From: a virus
DNA: 64,000 nt
IMG/VR virus record: IMGVR_UViG_3300037336_000025
Coordinates: 64,001-128,000 of that record
Reading direction: 5' to 3' (one strand)
Shown here: one piece after another, positions 9,470 to 18,882 of the stretch
How positions within the stretch are numbered: the stretch's first letter is position 1
Layout: each line of letters begins with the position of its first letter
Position numbers and translations under genes: made by a program
Notes under the pieces: generated by a model
The model's database searches: none
The model's input: the letters and a program-made list of their open reading frames with translations, nothing else
Told to the model about the DNA's origin: nothing

Positions 9470-11806
9470 TTATGTGTAATCCACTGGTGGCGTATTATCT
9501 ATTACGGATGTTTTAGGTTTTTCTTCTGGGCCAAGTTTAATAGATAATGCATTGGCTGGATCTGTTCTGAGATCTGATTTAATCTCTGCTGGGCTGTCTG
9601 CATAGTCAGCTGGCTGTCCTGGCATTCTAATACAAGTTAGTTTTTGTTTAAAAATACCGTCGCTGAATATATTTTCGCACATAGTTACCCTGTAGATCCC
9701 AGTGAATGGACTTTCAGCTTTAGGAAAATTATATAATCCTGTTTCTTGATTAATATCAATTGGAGTTCTAAAGGTCAAATAAATGAAAACATCGCCGCTT
9801 TCGTAATTCATTGTACCGTCTTCTGTAATTTGTGCTTGCGGTTCTACAGTAGCGGCAAAATAGTTTCCCTGTCCGCTATCTACTACCCAATAGGTATCCC
9901 CTAAAATTTCCAAATTAACAGTTACCATCTCTGCTTGGCTCTGTGTAAATGCTCTATGAAACTGTTCCGCTACCTGTTGCTCAGTGTTAGAATCGCCAGT
10001 GCCGCCTTTCATTGCTACTATCTGTTCTGGAGTCTTTTTAGGTCTAGATCTTCCTAGGTTAGCTGTTTGTGCAGCTCTTGATCCGCCGTCGGCAACTCTT
10101 GACTCTTTAGGCTGTTCTGCTGCTACACCCTTTTGATCTTGGTTACTAGCCGTAGAAGCATCTGCAGGGTTACCTGGTTGAATACCAGTATAGAACATAT
10201 TATTAATTTGTATGTCAAACTTAAGGACATCTACGTTTTGACCGCTGTATATGTATTCGTATCCTTTACAAATTCTACCTAGCAACTTTGGATATCCAAT
10301 GGGTACTGAATTAGGATTAGAAAATATAGAATGATGTACGAAATACGGAACTACTCGATATGTAATTTTCTTAGCAAAGTCGCTAGTTAGTGCATCAAAG
10401 TCTAGTAGTTCAATTTGTACATCAAGACGGAACCACTTAATAAACCCATCCTTAAGATTTTTCACACTGGTAACTGCATCTTGTGCATACTTGGAACTGA
10501 CTACTACCTGATTAATAATTGCGGTAAGTGTTTGTCCTTGGCTAAATTGAAATGATCTGTTTTTAGGATCAATAGTCATGTTGTCTCGTTTAACAACTCC
10601 GGTCTTAGCGTCATACTGATCGCCGGCTTTCTTAAAGGTCATGTTGCCGCCACTACTTTGACTAAATCCTAAACTTGAACCGCCAATTTCGTTTTTATCA
10701 AAAGCAGCTACTACTTCAGTATTACTTCCAGCTATTACTATTTTTGCTAGCTGGCCGGGACTTGATGTTGCTTTTTGTGTTCCTACTGGAGCATTAGCTC
10801 GCTGAAAGGAAGAAGAGTCTTTTGGAAACTGAATTTCATATTGATCAGCCACTCCAACTTGTTTATCAGCAACTAACTTCTGTTCAATTTTGTTAAGAAC
10901 TGCTTGCAAACTTTCTGGTCCAGTAGATAGTATTTCTTCAACAGTTCCTTGAGTAGACGCTACTAATTTTAAGTCAGTGTAGGCAGTATTGATATCATCA
11001 CTAAAACCTTGATGATTATACGGAACAGCTTCTACTTTATAAGTACTACCGCCTTCGTTAACGCTAAACTTACACGAGGTTAGTCTAAGAACAAAGTATT
11101 TTGATTTTACTGCTTTGTAACCAAGACCTAGATCGTCCCATCCCATAAAGTCTAATTTTAAAACATAAGGAGCATTACTAAGATAGTTGATATATCCAGC
11201 AGTGTTTGCAGCTACTTGAAGACTCTGTAACAACAGTCCCATGCTGTATGGTTCATATATATCAAATTCAAATTTAAATGCGTTACTATTACCAGTTTTA
11301 CTGTTTGCACCAACAGTAGTTTTCATAACAAAATTCTGAATATAGTATTCAGGAGATCCACTAGCTGTTTTAGTTCGCTGACTATCAAATCGACCGCCGG
11401 AAGAAAATATCACAGTTGAACTGAATGTGTTACCAGTTTTATCATCTATATAACTGTCATTTGTCCACACTTGATCATTGTTTCTATACAAGGACGGATT
11501 ATTAAATTGTTTAGGAGTTAGACATGCTAATGTCCACATGTAATTAACTGATGCGAATTTTTCTAAGGGATTCTTAATCACGCTTGGAAGATTTCTAGTC
11601 ACTACAGATAACGGCTTGTTAGGATCAGTAGCTACCTTACTAACGCCATCAACTAGTTTGTCAGTAGCTCTTGCTGGATTCTCTAAGGTTGTACGTACTG
11701 CCGACCCGATACTTACCAGAGAAGACAGTCCGGAACTAATAATATTTGTTCCGTCCGGTTTAACAATGTTTAATGCTGCTGTACCAAGATCTCTAAATAA
11801 TGCCAA
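9470..11806 (-). CDS. Baseplate hub protein (gp27/VgrG-like, inferred)
   Basis: Lies between gp53 and gp5; C-terminal VTVNLEILGDTYW...FTGIYRVTMCENIFSDGIFKQKLTCIR resembles late-control/hub proteins. Confidence 0.6.
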   Translation of the reverse strand: MALFRDLGTAALNIVKPDGTNIISSGLSSLVSIGSAVRTTLENPARATDKLVDGVSKVATDPNKPLSVVTRNLPSVIKNPLEKFASVNYMWTLACLTPKQFNNPSLYRNNDQVWTNDSYIDDKTGNTFSSTVIFSSGGRFDSQRTKTASGSPEYYIQNFVMKTTVGANSKTGNSNAFKFEFDIYEPYSMGLLLQSLQVAANTAGYINYLSNAPYVLKLDFMGWDDLGLGYKAVKSKYFVLRLTSCKFSVNEGGSTYKVEAVPYNHQGFSDDINTAYTDLKLVASTQGTVEEILSTGPESLQAVLNKIEQKLVADKQVGVADQYEIQFPKDSSSFQRANAPVGTQKATSSPGQLAKIVIAGSNTEVVAAFDKNEIGGSSLGFSQSSGGNMTFKKAGDQYDAKTGVVKRDNMTIDPKNRSFQFSQGQTLTAIINQVVVSSKYAQDAVTSVKNLKDGFIKWFRLDVQIELLDFDALTSDFAKKITYRVVPYFVHHSIFSNPNSVPIGYPKLLGRICKGYEYIYSGQNVDVLKFDIQINNMFYTGIQPGNPADASTASNQDQKGVAAEQPKESRVADGGSRAAQTANLGRSRPKKTPEQIVAMKGGTGDSNTEQQVAEQFHRAFTQSQAEMVTVNLEILGDTYWVVDSGQGNYFAATVEPQAQITEDGTMNYESGDVFIYLTFRTPIDINQETGLYNFPKAESPFTGIYRVTMCENIFSDGIFKQKLTCIRMPGQPADYADSPAEIKSDLRTDPANALSIKLGPEEKPKTSVIDNTPPVDYT

Positions 11807-11807
11807 T

Positions 11808-12107
11808 TTATACTCCTAGATATTTTTCTAGATTAGATTTTTTAGGCAAGAAAATGGTTGTTCCTGGTTCAAAATCATATATTGGGTCTCGTAAAACACT
11901 CATGTTACGTTGAACAAATACCCACCATAATTTTACATTACCGTATAAATCATAGGCTAACAAATCAGGCCGATGCCTATACTGATTTTCGATCGTATAT
12001 TTAAAATCGTCGGGTTCAGCAGGTACAGGTCTAATTTCTAGTAATTCCAAATATAGATTGTTTTGTCTTGTAGCTGCCCACGGACTTGTAGATTTATATT
12101 GTGCCAT
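11808..12107 (-). CDS. gp53: Baseplate wedge protein gp53-like (LysM-like)
   Basis: YRHRPDLLAYDLYGNVKLWWVFVQRN...DPIYDFEPGTTIFLP is the gp53/tail-X LysM pattern. Confidence 0.85.
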   Translation of the reverse strand: MAQYKSTSPWAATRQNNLYLELLEIRPVPAEPDDFKYTIENQYRHRPDLLAYDLYGNVKLWWVFVQRNMSVLRDPIYDFEPGTTIFLPKKSNLEKYLGV

Positions 12108-12108
12108 A

Positions 12109-13257
12109 TTAGATATATCCTGTACTTGATGCTACTTTGCCTTTGGCATAATCTGCTAGGCTGAACTTTCTCAAGTTTGCTCTGTTGTAAACTGGACTTA
12201 CTGTAACTGAAATAGTGCTAACTACTGGTACCCAAGTATTAGTTCCAAAGGTGTTACACTGAATATAGTTGGTATCATCTTTTAGGTCTACGCTAAAACT
12301 TTTTACTACAACAGGAATTGAATCAAATACACTTGATCCATATCCGCTTAGGTTGCAAATGATTGGAGGATTACCTGCATTAGCTCCTTGTCCAAAAAAC
12401 ATCTTTGTAGCGGTCTTAAAAAATGTAGTTGCTGCTATCCAGTAAGCGGCATCTGTTTCTGTTTCGCAAGTAAACTCTCCAACAATAGAGATGTCTTCAA
12501 CTACACTGTTTTTATATCCCTGTGTAGGATAGTTACTGTGAGTAGTTTCTACTGAATTATAATTTGCTTTAGTAGAAACTGTGATGTTAGGCAAGTAAGG
12601 CCACACAACACCGCCGGTATTCTCCAACAGGCTAAACAGCGGACTGTCAAATAATGTCCAGTTAGCATTTAATCTTACACGCCAATCGTTTTTGGCACTA
12701 GCTTGTAATTTAATAGCTTGTCCGTTTTGAGTGAATAGCTGGCCACCGGCTGGTAAATTAGCTCCACGTTTTAGGCTTAGAAAATTGTTTAGCATGCCTG
12801 CTGCTTTACTAATATCTCCAGCAAGAGCTTGTAATCCGCCGCCGAGATTACCGCCTGCTAGTTTGTTAAGTGTGCCGGAAATATCCGCTGTAATATTACT
12901 AGTTGCCCCAACTGCTGATTGTAGACTACTAATACCGCCTGCTACTGAGCTTTGGATACTAGTGCCTAGTCCGCCGAGTCCTGTGGTATTAATCTGTCCA
13001 AGGGCATTTCCGATAGAGCCGCCAACTCCATTAAGTGATGAACTTGCTGTAGATAGCAACCCCTTAGCCCCTGTGGTCATTCCGTTTAACCCGCTACCAA
13101 TTTCTCCGCTTAGTCTTCCGATCTTAGCGTCTAGGTTAGCTTTTGAGAACGCATCCCCTATACCTGGTAGAGCTGCATTTGCTTCATTTGTTGCCTGTGC
13201 AATACTAGATGTCGCTGTTGAAATCAGTTGTGCCAAAGGATTTATAGATAGTGCCAT
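12109..13257 (-). CDS. Baseplate-tail tube cap/initiator (gp48/gp54-like) with Gly/Ala/Ser-rich N-terminal half
   Basis: C-terminal tube-fold signature GVVWPYLPNITVS...GNPPIICNLSGYGSSVFDSIPVVVKSFSVDL; first gene of the baseplate operon. Confidence 0.65.
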   Translation of the reverse strand: MALSINPLAQLISTATSSIAQATNEANAALPGIGDAFSKANLDAKIGRLSGEIGSGLNGMTTGAKGLLSTASSSLNGVGGSIGNALGQINTTGLGGLGTSIQSSVAGGISSLQSAVGATSNITADISGTLNKLAGGNLGGGLQALAGDISKAAGMLNNFLSLKRGANLPAGGQLFTQNGQAIKLQASAKNDWRVRLNANWTLFDSPLFSLLENTGGVVWPYLPNITVSTKANYNSVETTHSNYPTQGYKNSVVEDISIVGEFTCETETDAAYWIAATTFFKTATKMFFGQGANAGNPPIICNLSGYGSSVFDSIPVVVKSFSVDLKDDTNYIQCNTFGTNTWVPVVSTISVTVSPVYNRANLRKFSLADYAKGKVASSTGYI

Positions 13258-13283
13258 TTTGGTTAAATATCTCCGCTATACTC

Positions 13284-13289
13284 TATTTA
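13284..13289 (-). promoter_or_regulatory. Putative late promoter core TAAATA heading the baseplate operon
   Basis: GAAATAAATAGAG on the minus strand, followed by a GGAGA Shine-Dalgarno and the ATG at 13257. Confidence 0.6.
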
Positions 13290-13337
13290 TTTCATTAAAA
13301 ATGTGCTATTATATTAGTAACAGGAGATCCTTATATA

Positions 13338-14186
13338 ATGAATACCGTACCCAAAATAAAGTACCTAACTAACAAAGATCTATTAAAAGAGATCCACAGA
13401 AGCAAAAACACATTTTGTACCTACTCTGCGCCCGAATACGCAGACTATGATATGATTATACCAAATGTAGAAAAGATCAATATTCGTACAATAGCGGAAG
13501 CTAAACGCAATAGAGCATCAAGATTAGCTAAATTAGCCCACGAAGCTGCTGTACTTGCAGGTGGTAAAAAGTTACCTTCTAAAGAATTCGAAATCGACTA
13601 TAAAACTATCAAGAAAGATGATGTAGTTTTTAGAGTTATGACCTTTGTACATGTTCCGCTTGCTCCGGGTCGTAAGAAGACTTTAAAAAATACTGCCGAT
13701 AGTCACGAAAAAGTGAATTTTCCTCCGTTCCAACACTGGAAGTTTGATGCTAATAATAACCTAATCTTAGTTGGTAAGAGCCACTGGAAAGGTGATTTTA
13801 CCACAGGAGTGTTTAATAAAGAACACGGGCAAATGACTAACAATCTAGCTCGCATGTTTTTAAAATTATGTGAAAGATATGCGACCAGAGGAAACGTTCG
13901 TGGCTATACTTACAACGATGAAATGCGCGGTCAAGCAATCCTTCAGCTCACCCAGATAGGTTTACAATTTGATGAAAGCAAAAGTGATAACCCGTTTGCT
14001 TACTATACCGCTGCTGTTACTAACAGTTTTGTTCGCATTATCAATATTGAGAAGCGTAATCAAAACATTCGAGATGATATTCTCGAAATGAACGGAATGA
14101 ACCCAAGTTGGAGTAGGCAGAACAGTGGGTCCGGAGGCGGTGGAGCAACTATTTCAGCTACACCTCCTGTTGGCGATAACGACTAG
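13338..14186 (+). CDS. gp55: Late-transcription sigma factor, gp55-like
   Basis: RGYTYNDEMRGQAILQLTQIGLQFDESKSDNPFAYYTAAVTNSFVRIINIEKRNQ parallels the T4 gp55 core (DEM...F.P.KS.NPFAY.T); adjacent to gp47/gp46 as in T4-like phages. A possible extended -10 (TGcTATTAT) sits at 13304-13312. Confidence 0.85.
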   Translation: MNTVPKIKYLTNKDLLKEIHRSKNTFCTYSAPEYADYDMIIPNVEKINIRTIAEAKRNRASRLAKLAHEAAVLAGGKKLPSKEFEIDYKTIKKDDVVFRVMTFVHVPLAPGRKKTLKNTADSHEKVNFPPFQHWKFDANNNLILVGKSHWKGDFTTGVFNKEHGQMTNNLARMFLKLCERYATRGNVRGYTYNDEMRGQAILQLTQIGLQFDESKSDNPFAYYTAAVTNSFVRIINIEKRNQNIRDDILEMNGMNPSWSRQNSGSGGGGATISATPPVGDND

Positions 14187-14215
14187 TTGACATTTTGTCT
14201 TTAACCCTGTATAAT
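14187..14215 (+). promoter_or_regulatory. Consensus sigma70 promoter TTGACA-N17-TATAAT for gp47/gp46
   Basis: TTGACA (14187-14192), exactly 17 nt, TATAAT (14210-14215), then AGGAGA and the ATG at 14232. Confidence 0.85.
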
Positions 14216-14231
14216 AATATTAGGAGATACT

Positions 14232-15242
14232 ATGTCATTGTTTAAAAAAGTCGCTTGTTTCACAGATATTCACTTTGGCCTTAAAAGTGGTAGTCGTACA
14301 CATAATCAAGATTGCGAAGATTTCGTATCTTGGTTCTGTGACACTGCTAAAGAACAAGGTTGCGAAACTGCAATCTTTCTAGGAGACTGGCATCATAATC
14401 GCAGTACTACAGACGTTAGTACTATGAATTATACTGTGAGCAACTTAGAGAAGCTGAGCAAAAGTTTTGAAAAAGTCTATTTTATTCTAGGCAATCACGA
14501 TCTGTTCTACAAAGACAAGCGTGAAATTAATAGCATCGAATTTATGCGACTGTTTCCTAACATTATTCCTGTTAGAGATCAATTAACAGAAGGTGATGTT
14601 ACTATTATGCCTTGGCTAATAGGCGACGAGTGGCGAGGAGTTTCTAAACTTAAAAGCCGCTATGTGTTTGGACACTTAGAGTTGCCATTGTTCTATATGA
14701 ACGCCATGGTGCAGATGCCAGATCACGGAACGTTGCAAGCTAGTCACTTTAGTGGACAAGAGTATGTATTCAGCGGACACTTTCATAAGCGACAGAGTAA
14801 AGGCAATGTAACCTACATTGGCAATGCTTTCCCCCATAATTATGCCGATGCAGGTGACGATGTTCGCGGTATGATGATTCTAGAGTGGGGCAATGAGCCC
14901 GAATATCATACATGGCCAGGGCAGCCCACGTTTAGAACCTACAAGCTGAGTCAGATTATTGACGACCCAGAAGGACTTCTACGTGAGAAGATGCATTGCC
15001 GTGTGACTATCGACTTGCCTATTACGTTCGAAGAAGCAAACTTTATCAAAGAGCAGTTTATTCCTCAGTACAAATTACGTGAGTTGATGTTAATCCCCGA
15101 AAAAGTAGAAATAGAATCAAATTCTGTTCCAATTGATATTAGCTTTGAAAGTGTAGATACAATTGTTATGAATCAAATTAATGCTATCGAAAGCGATGCA
15201 TTTGACAAAGGTATGTTGTTGGACATTTATAGAAACCTATGA
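14232..15242 (+). CDS. gp47: Recombination nuclease, Mre11/SbcD-like metallophosphoesterase
   Basis: Motifs FTDIHFG, FLGDWHH, ILGNHD, FGHLE, FSGHFH. Confidence 0.92.
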   Translation: MSLFKKVACFTDIHFGLKSGSRTHNQDCEDFVSWFCDTAKEQGCETAIFLGDWHHNRSTTDVSTMNYTVSNLEKLSKSFEKVYFILGNHDLFYKDKREINSIEFMRLFPNIIPVRDQLTEGDVTIMPWLIGDEWRGVSKLKSRYVFGHLELPLFYMNAMVQMPDHGTLQASHFSGQEYVFSGHFHKRQSKGNVTYIGNAFPHNYADAGDDVRGMMILEWGNEPEYHTWPGQPTFRTYKLSQIIDDPEGLLREKMHCRVTIDLPITFEEANFIKEQFIPQYKLRELMLIPEKVEIESNSVPIDISFESVDTIVMNQINAIESDAFDKGMLLDIYRNL

Positions 15243-17017
15243 TAAAAATTAAGAATTTAACTGTTAGAAACTTTATGAGTGTGGGCAATCAAACCCAGGC
15301 TATTAGTTTTGACAAAGGCCAGCTTACACTTGTACTCGGTGAAAACTTAGACCTTGGTGGAGATGATAGTGGTGCTCGCAACGGTACTGGTAAGACTACT
15401 ATTATTAACGGCCTTAGCTATGGCATTTATGGAACTGCTCTTACTAACATCAAAAAAGATAATCTAGTTAACAAGATTAACGGTAAGGGTATGTTAGTTA
15501 CCCTGACATTTGACAAAGATGGTCAAGAGTATCATATTGAACGTGGTCGTAAACCCAACGTACTCAAGTTTAGTATCAATGGTCAAGAACAAGATCTTAA
15601 AGACCTAGACGAAAGCCAAGGTGATAGTCGTGAAACACAAAAAGCCATTGAAGAGATGATGGGTATGAGTCACGATATGTTTAAGCATCTTGTGGCGTTA
15701 AACACTTACACTGAACCGTTCTTGTCTATGAAAGCTGGTGAACAACGCAGCATTATTGAGCAGTTATTGGGCATTACTTTACTTTCTGAAAAAGCAGAAA
15801 CCCTTAAAGAAGCTATCCGTATTAGCAAAGATTCAATTACGACAGAAAACACTCGCATTGAAACTATCAAAGTGTCCAACGAGCGTATACAGCAGAGTAT
15901 CGATGCGCTAGAACGAAAACAGCGCCTGTGGGATGAGACTAAAGAAAAAAATATCGAAAATATTTTAAAGAGCATTGACACGCTTAGTACTATTGATCCA
16001 GAAGTTGAAATTGTTAATCATAAGGCTCTTGCTCTCTACAATGAAAAACGTAAAGACATTAACGATTTAACTAGCGCAATGCAACGCACTCGATTAGAAC
16101 AAGATAAAGATGCAAAACGATTCGATAAGCTAACTGCTGAAATTGCTACTCTTAAAAATCACCAATGTCATGCCTGCGGACAAGAATTTCACGATGAAAA
16201 ACATGAGTCTGTACTTTCCGGTAAACTTAAAGATCTCAAAGAAGCTACTGTTAACTTCGAATCTGCCGGGGAAATAATTATGGACACTGAATTTGCCTTG
16301 AAAGAAATTGGTGAATTGGGTGATTGTCCTAGAGTACAGTACGACAGCTTAGAGGAAGCACTTAATCATAAGAATACTATCAACGGGTTAATTAAAGATT
16401 TAGAAATTAAAGAAGGTGATAATAATCCGTATCTTGAACAGATTAACGAACTTAAGAAAAGTGCGGTTCAGGAAATTAACTGGCAAGCTGTAAATGAAGC
16501 TAACCGCATCAAAGAGCATCAAGAGTTCCTGCACAAGTTGCTAACAAATAAAGATAGTTTTGTACGCAAACGAATTATTGATCAAAACTTAGCGCACTTG
16601 AATCAACGCCTAACATATTACCTCGATAAGATTGGGTTGCCACATATCGTTGAATTCCAGAATGACTTGGGTGTTATTATTACACAGTTAGGCCAAGATC
16701 TAGACTTTGATAACTTATCACGTGGTGAACGTAATCGATTAATTCTAAGTATGAGCTGGGCATTCCGTGATGTGTGGGAAAACTTATATCATAGTATCAA
16801 CTTATTGTTTATTGACGAGCTTGTTGATAGCGGTATGGACGCTAGCGGTGTTGAAAGTTCTATTAGTGTACTTAAAAAGATGACTCGCGAGCGTGATAAG
16901 AATGTGTTCTTGATCAGTCACCGTGATGATTTAACAAGTCGAGTAAATCATGTGCTCAAAGTAATAAAAGAAGGCGGCTTTACCACTTACAGCAACGACG
17001 TAGAGATAGTACAATAA
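15239..17017 (+). CDS. gp46: Recombination ATPase, Rad50/SbcC-like
   Basis: Walker A ARNGTGKT, coiled coils, zinc hook CHAC, signature LSRGE, Walker B LLFIDE, H-loop ISH; ATGA overlap with gp47. Confidence 0.93.
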   Translation: MIKIKNLTVRNFMSVGNQTQAISFDKGQLTLVLGENLDLGGDDSGARNGTGKTTIINGLSYGIYGTALTNIKKDNLVNKINGKGMLVTLTFDKDGQEYHIERGRKPNVLKFSINGQEQDLKDLDESQGDSRETQKAIEEMMGMSHDMFKHLVALNTYTEPFLSMKAGEQRSIIEQLLGITLLSEKAETLKEAIRISKDSITTENTRIETIKVSNERIQQSIDALERKQRLWDETKEKNIENILKSIDTLSTIDPEVEIVNHKALALYNEKRKDINDLTSAMQRTRLEQDKDAKRFDKLTAEIATLKNHQCHACGQEFHDEKHESVLSGKLKDLKEATVNFESAGEIIMDTEFALKEIGELGDCPRVQYDSLEEALNHKNTINGLIKDLEIKEGDNNPYLEQINELKKSAVQEINWQAVNEANRIKEHQEFLHKLLTNKDSFVRKRIIDQNLAHLNQRLTYYLDKIGLPHIVEFQNDLGVIITQLGQDLDFDNLSRGERNRLILSMSWAFRDVWENLYHSINLLFIDELVDSGMDASGVESSISVLKKMTRERDKNVFLISHRDDLTSRVNHVLKVIKEGGFTTYSNDVEIVQ

Positions 17018-17248
17018 ATGAGTACAGACAGTCATGATCGTATGATCCACGCTTTTCAGGAATACTTTAAGTATCAGGATCGCTTTGAACATCGAGGTTC
17101 AGATAGTGCTGGTGTTAGAGCACGATATTGGCTGAGTGAGATACGCAATGAGGCAAGTTTAAGGCGCACAGAAATACAGGCAAAAAGAGACGAACGTAAA
17201 GCAGCCAGGAAAGGCATGGTAGGAAGACCCCCTAAAATAAGTACTTGA
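17018..17248 (+). CDS. Small basic helical protein, Hc1 (histone H1-like)-related
   Basis: RGSDSAGVRARYWLSEIRNEASLRRTEIQ resembles the Hc1-type G-x-K-A-A-x-x-RAR...L.E......RR.EIQ pattern (recalled, not searched). Confidence 0.45.
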   Translation: MSTDSHDRMIHAFQEYFKYQDRFEHRGSDSAGVRARYWLSEIRNEASLRRTEIQAKRDERKAARKGMVGRPPKIST

Positions 17249-17682
17249 TGACATGGTACTATAAGAAGAAAGAAATTACTGCAATCTCCGAAGATTATAT
17301 CGGTTTCGTATATCTTATTACCAATGTCATCTCTGGGCGCAAGTATATAGGCAAAAAACTAGCAAAGTTCGCAAAAACAACTTATAAAACAGTTACACTT
17401 AAGAACGGCACTAAGAAAAAAAAGAAAATTAGAGGCAAGATTGAAAGCGATTGGAAGGACTATTATGGTTCTAGCGATGCGCTTACAGCAGATATTAAGA
17501 CTTTAGGCAAAAATAACTTCACCAGAGAAATTCTATTTTACTGCAAAAACAAATCAGAATGCAGCTACATCGAGGCAAGAGAACAATTTAAACACAAAGT
17601 TCTAGAATCTACTGACTGGTACAACGGTCACATACAGGTTCGAGTTCACGGCTCACATATCCTCAAAAAACCCAAAATTTAA
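17248..17682 (+). CDS. Compact GIY-YIG family endonuclease (144 aa from ATG 17248)
   Basis: GFVYLITNVISGRKYIGKK (GIY...YIG), KDYYGSS, FTREILFYC, YIEAREQF, WYNG. TAAGTA-N4 precedes the ATG. Confidence 0.85.
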   Translation: MTWYYKKKEITAISEDYIGFVYLITNVISGRKYIGKKLAKFAKTTYKTVTLKNGTKKKKKIRGKIESDWKDYYGSSDALTADIKTLGKNNFTREILFYCKNKSECSYIEAREQFKHKVLESTDWYNGHIQVRVHGSHILKKPKI

Positions 17683-17699
17683 GCAACACCATTGCCGCT

Positions 17700-18217
17700 A
17701 GGCACAGACAATTTCAACAAATCCAGGCATTTAATCACCAAAAAAGCCCGCACCGGCGACTATTACTGTGCCCTAAATCCGTTCTGATGTGTGACGGTAA
17801 GGAATCTCTACTTGGTGAAGAGGTTATAAATCACTATCCTTAACAGGACGACGATCGGATACGCCTACGTACAACCGGTTTGATTTATAAAGAGAATATT
17901 AAAAAGGCTAAAAGATGGGAGAGAGACCCACGATTACTATGTGCGATAGCGTGTGCATAGTAATTCGCCGTTATTATTAAGACGGAATGAGTAGGTACCG
18001 GATAACCGCCTACGCAAGCAGCAATGCTTATAGTTCTAACGCTACTGTGTACTGTGCAACTCGCATAATGCTAGATTTTCTTAGCCCGCAAGGGCTAAGT
18101 GTGACTGAACAATCTGCATAATACTTAATTGCATTAATAACATATCTCTTAAAATACTGTTAAATAAAAGAAGTGCTTTGAGCGTGAGCGAAAAAGCAAA
18201 TGAGCTTTAGCTCATTA
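17700..18217 (+). ncRNA. Putative large structured non-coding RNA of unknown class
   Basis: No ORF >=60 aa in ~600 nt of an otherwise wall-to-wall coding genome. About ten helices are visible, including 17824-33/17881-90 (10 bp perfect), 17933-41/17956-64 (9 bp), 18080-87/18092-99 (8 bp, GCAA loop) and 18016-20/18025-29 (GCAA loop). GNRA loops point to the + strand. Confidence 0.7.
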
Positions 18218-18278
18218 TTGTAATAAATAAACTATAGATCTGAAAAAGATTATAACATATGCCTAGGAATGAATTAAA

Positions 18279-18836
18279 ATGCGACTAACTGAAATCTTAA
18301 CTGAATCACAAGAACTTGAAGAAGGACCGTTAGGTGCTATTGGTCGTGGACTAGCTAAGGGCATTGGCGGGGTTGCTAAAGGCGTTGGTATGATTGGCGG
18401 CATTGCAGGTGGCGTTAAGAAAGCGTACCAAAAAGGTAAAGCTACTTCTACTGCAACCATTGCAGGTGATGTTCCAGATGCAGAACAAGATCCAGCTGCA
18501 GAACAAGATCCAGCTGTGAAAAAAGCATATGACGATGAATATGCTAAAGTTACGGCTCCTAAGAAAGCAGCTCCTAAGAACGCAGCACCAATGGCAGCAG
18601 CATCTGGGTACAAACAAGCACAGCAGGCCATTGCCACTTTAAAGCCTAGCGAGAAACAGAAAATTCTTGCTATGCTACAAACTTCAATGACAGCGCCGGC
18701 TCCTGTACGCAAAAATCCAGTTAGAGTTACTGGCAGAGCAGCAGCTCAACCAGCTCAACCAGCTATGCAGACTCAAAGTAAAGTTAATAGCGGTAAAGTA
18801 GTTGCCGAAGGCTTTACATTGTTCCGTCAAAAGTAA
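18279..18836 (+). CDS. Late Ala/Lys/Pro-rich protein, probable head-internal protein
   Basis: TAAATA at 18224-18229 upstream; N-terminal MRLTEILTESQELEEG with L-x-E sites like gp21 cleavage motifs; perfect 18-nt tandem duplication (AEQDPA x2, 18480-18515). Confidence 0.5.
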   Translation: MRLTEILTESQELEEGPLGAIGRGLAKGIGGVAKGVGMIGGIAGGVKKAYQKGKATSTATIAGDVPDAEQDPAAEQDPAVKKAYDDEYAKVTAPKKAAPKNAAPMAAASGYKQAQQAIATLKPSEKQKILAMLQTSMTAPAPVRKNPVRVTGRAAAQPAQPAMQTQSKVNSGKVVAEGFTLFRQK

Positions 18837-18850
18837 TATATACAGCCAAC

Positions 18851-18877
18851 AAAAAGCCTGCTTTAAGCAGGCTTTTT
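18851..18877. terminator. Bidirectional intrinsic terminator between convergent genes
   Basis: AAAAAGCCTGCT-TTA-AGCAGGCTTTTT, a perfect inverted repeat with T-tracts on both strands. Confidence 0.85.
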
Positions 18878-18882
18878 TATGA

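Noticed and set aside
13264-13269. Plus-strand TAAATA upstream of gp55 suggesting positive autoregulation
   Set aside because: It overlaps the minus-strand RBS of the gp48-like gene in an AT-rich gap. A single hexamer is not distinguishable from chance.
17700-18217. Assignment of the structured region to RNase P RNA, group I/II intron, tmRNA or a tRNA cluster
   Set aside because: I found no GAGGAAAGUCC, no group I R/S elements, no convincing domain V, no tag ORF and no cloverleaf with TTC loop. It is left unclassified.
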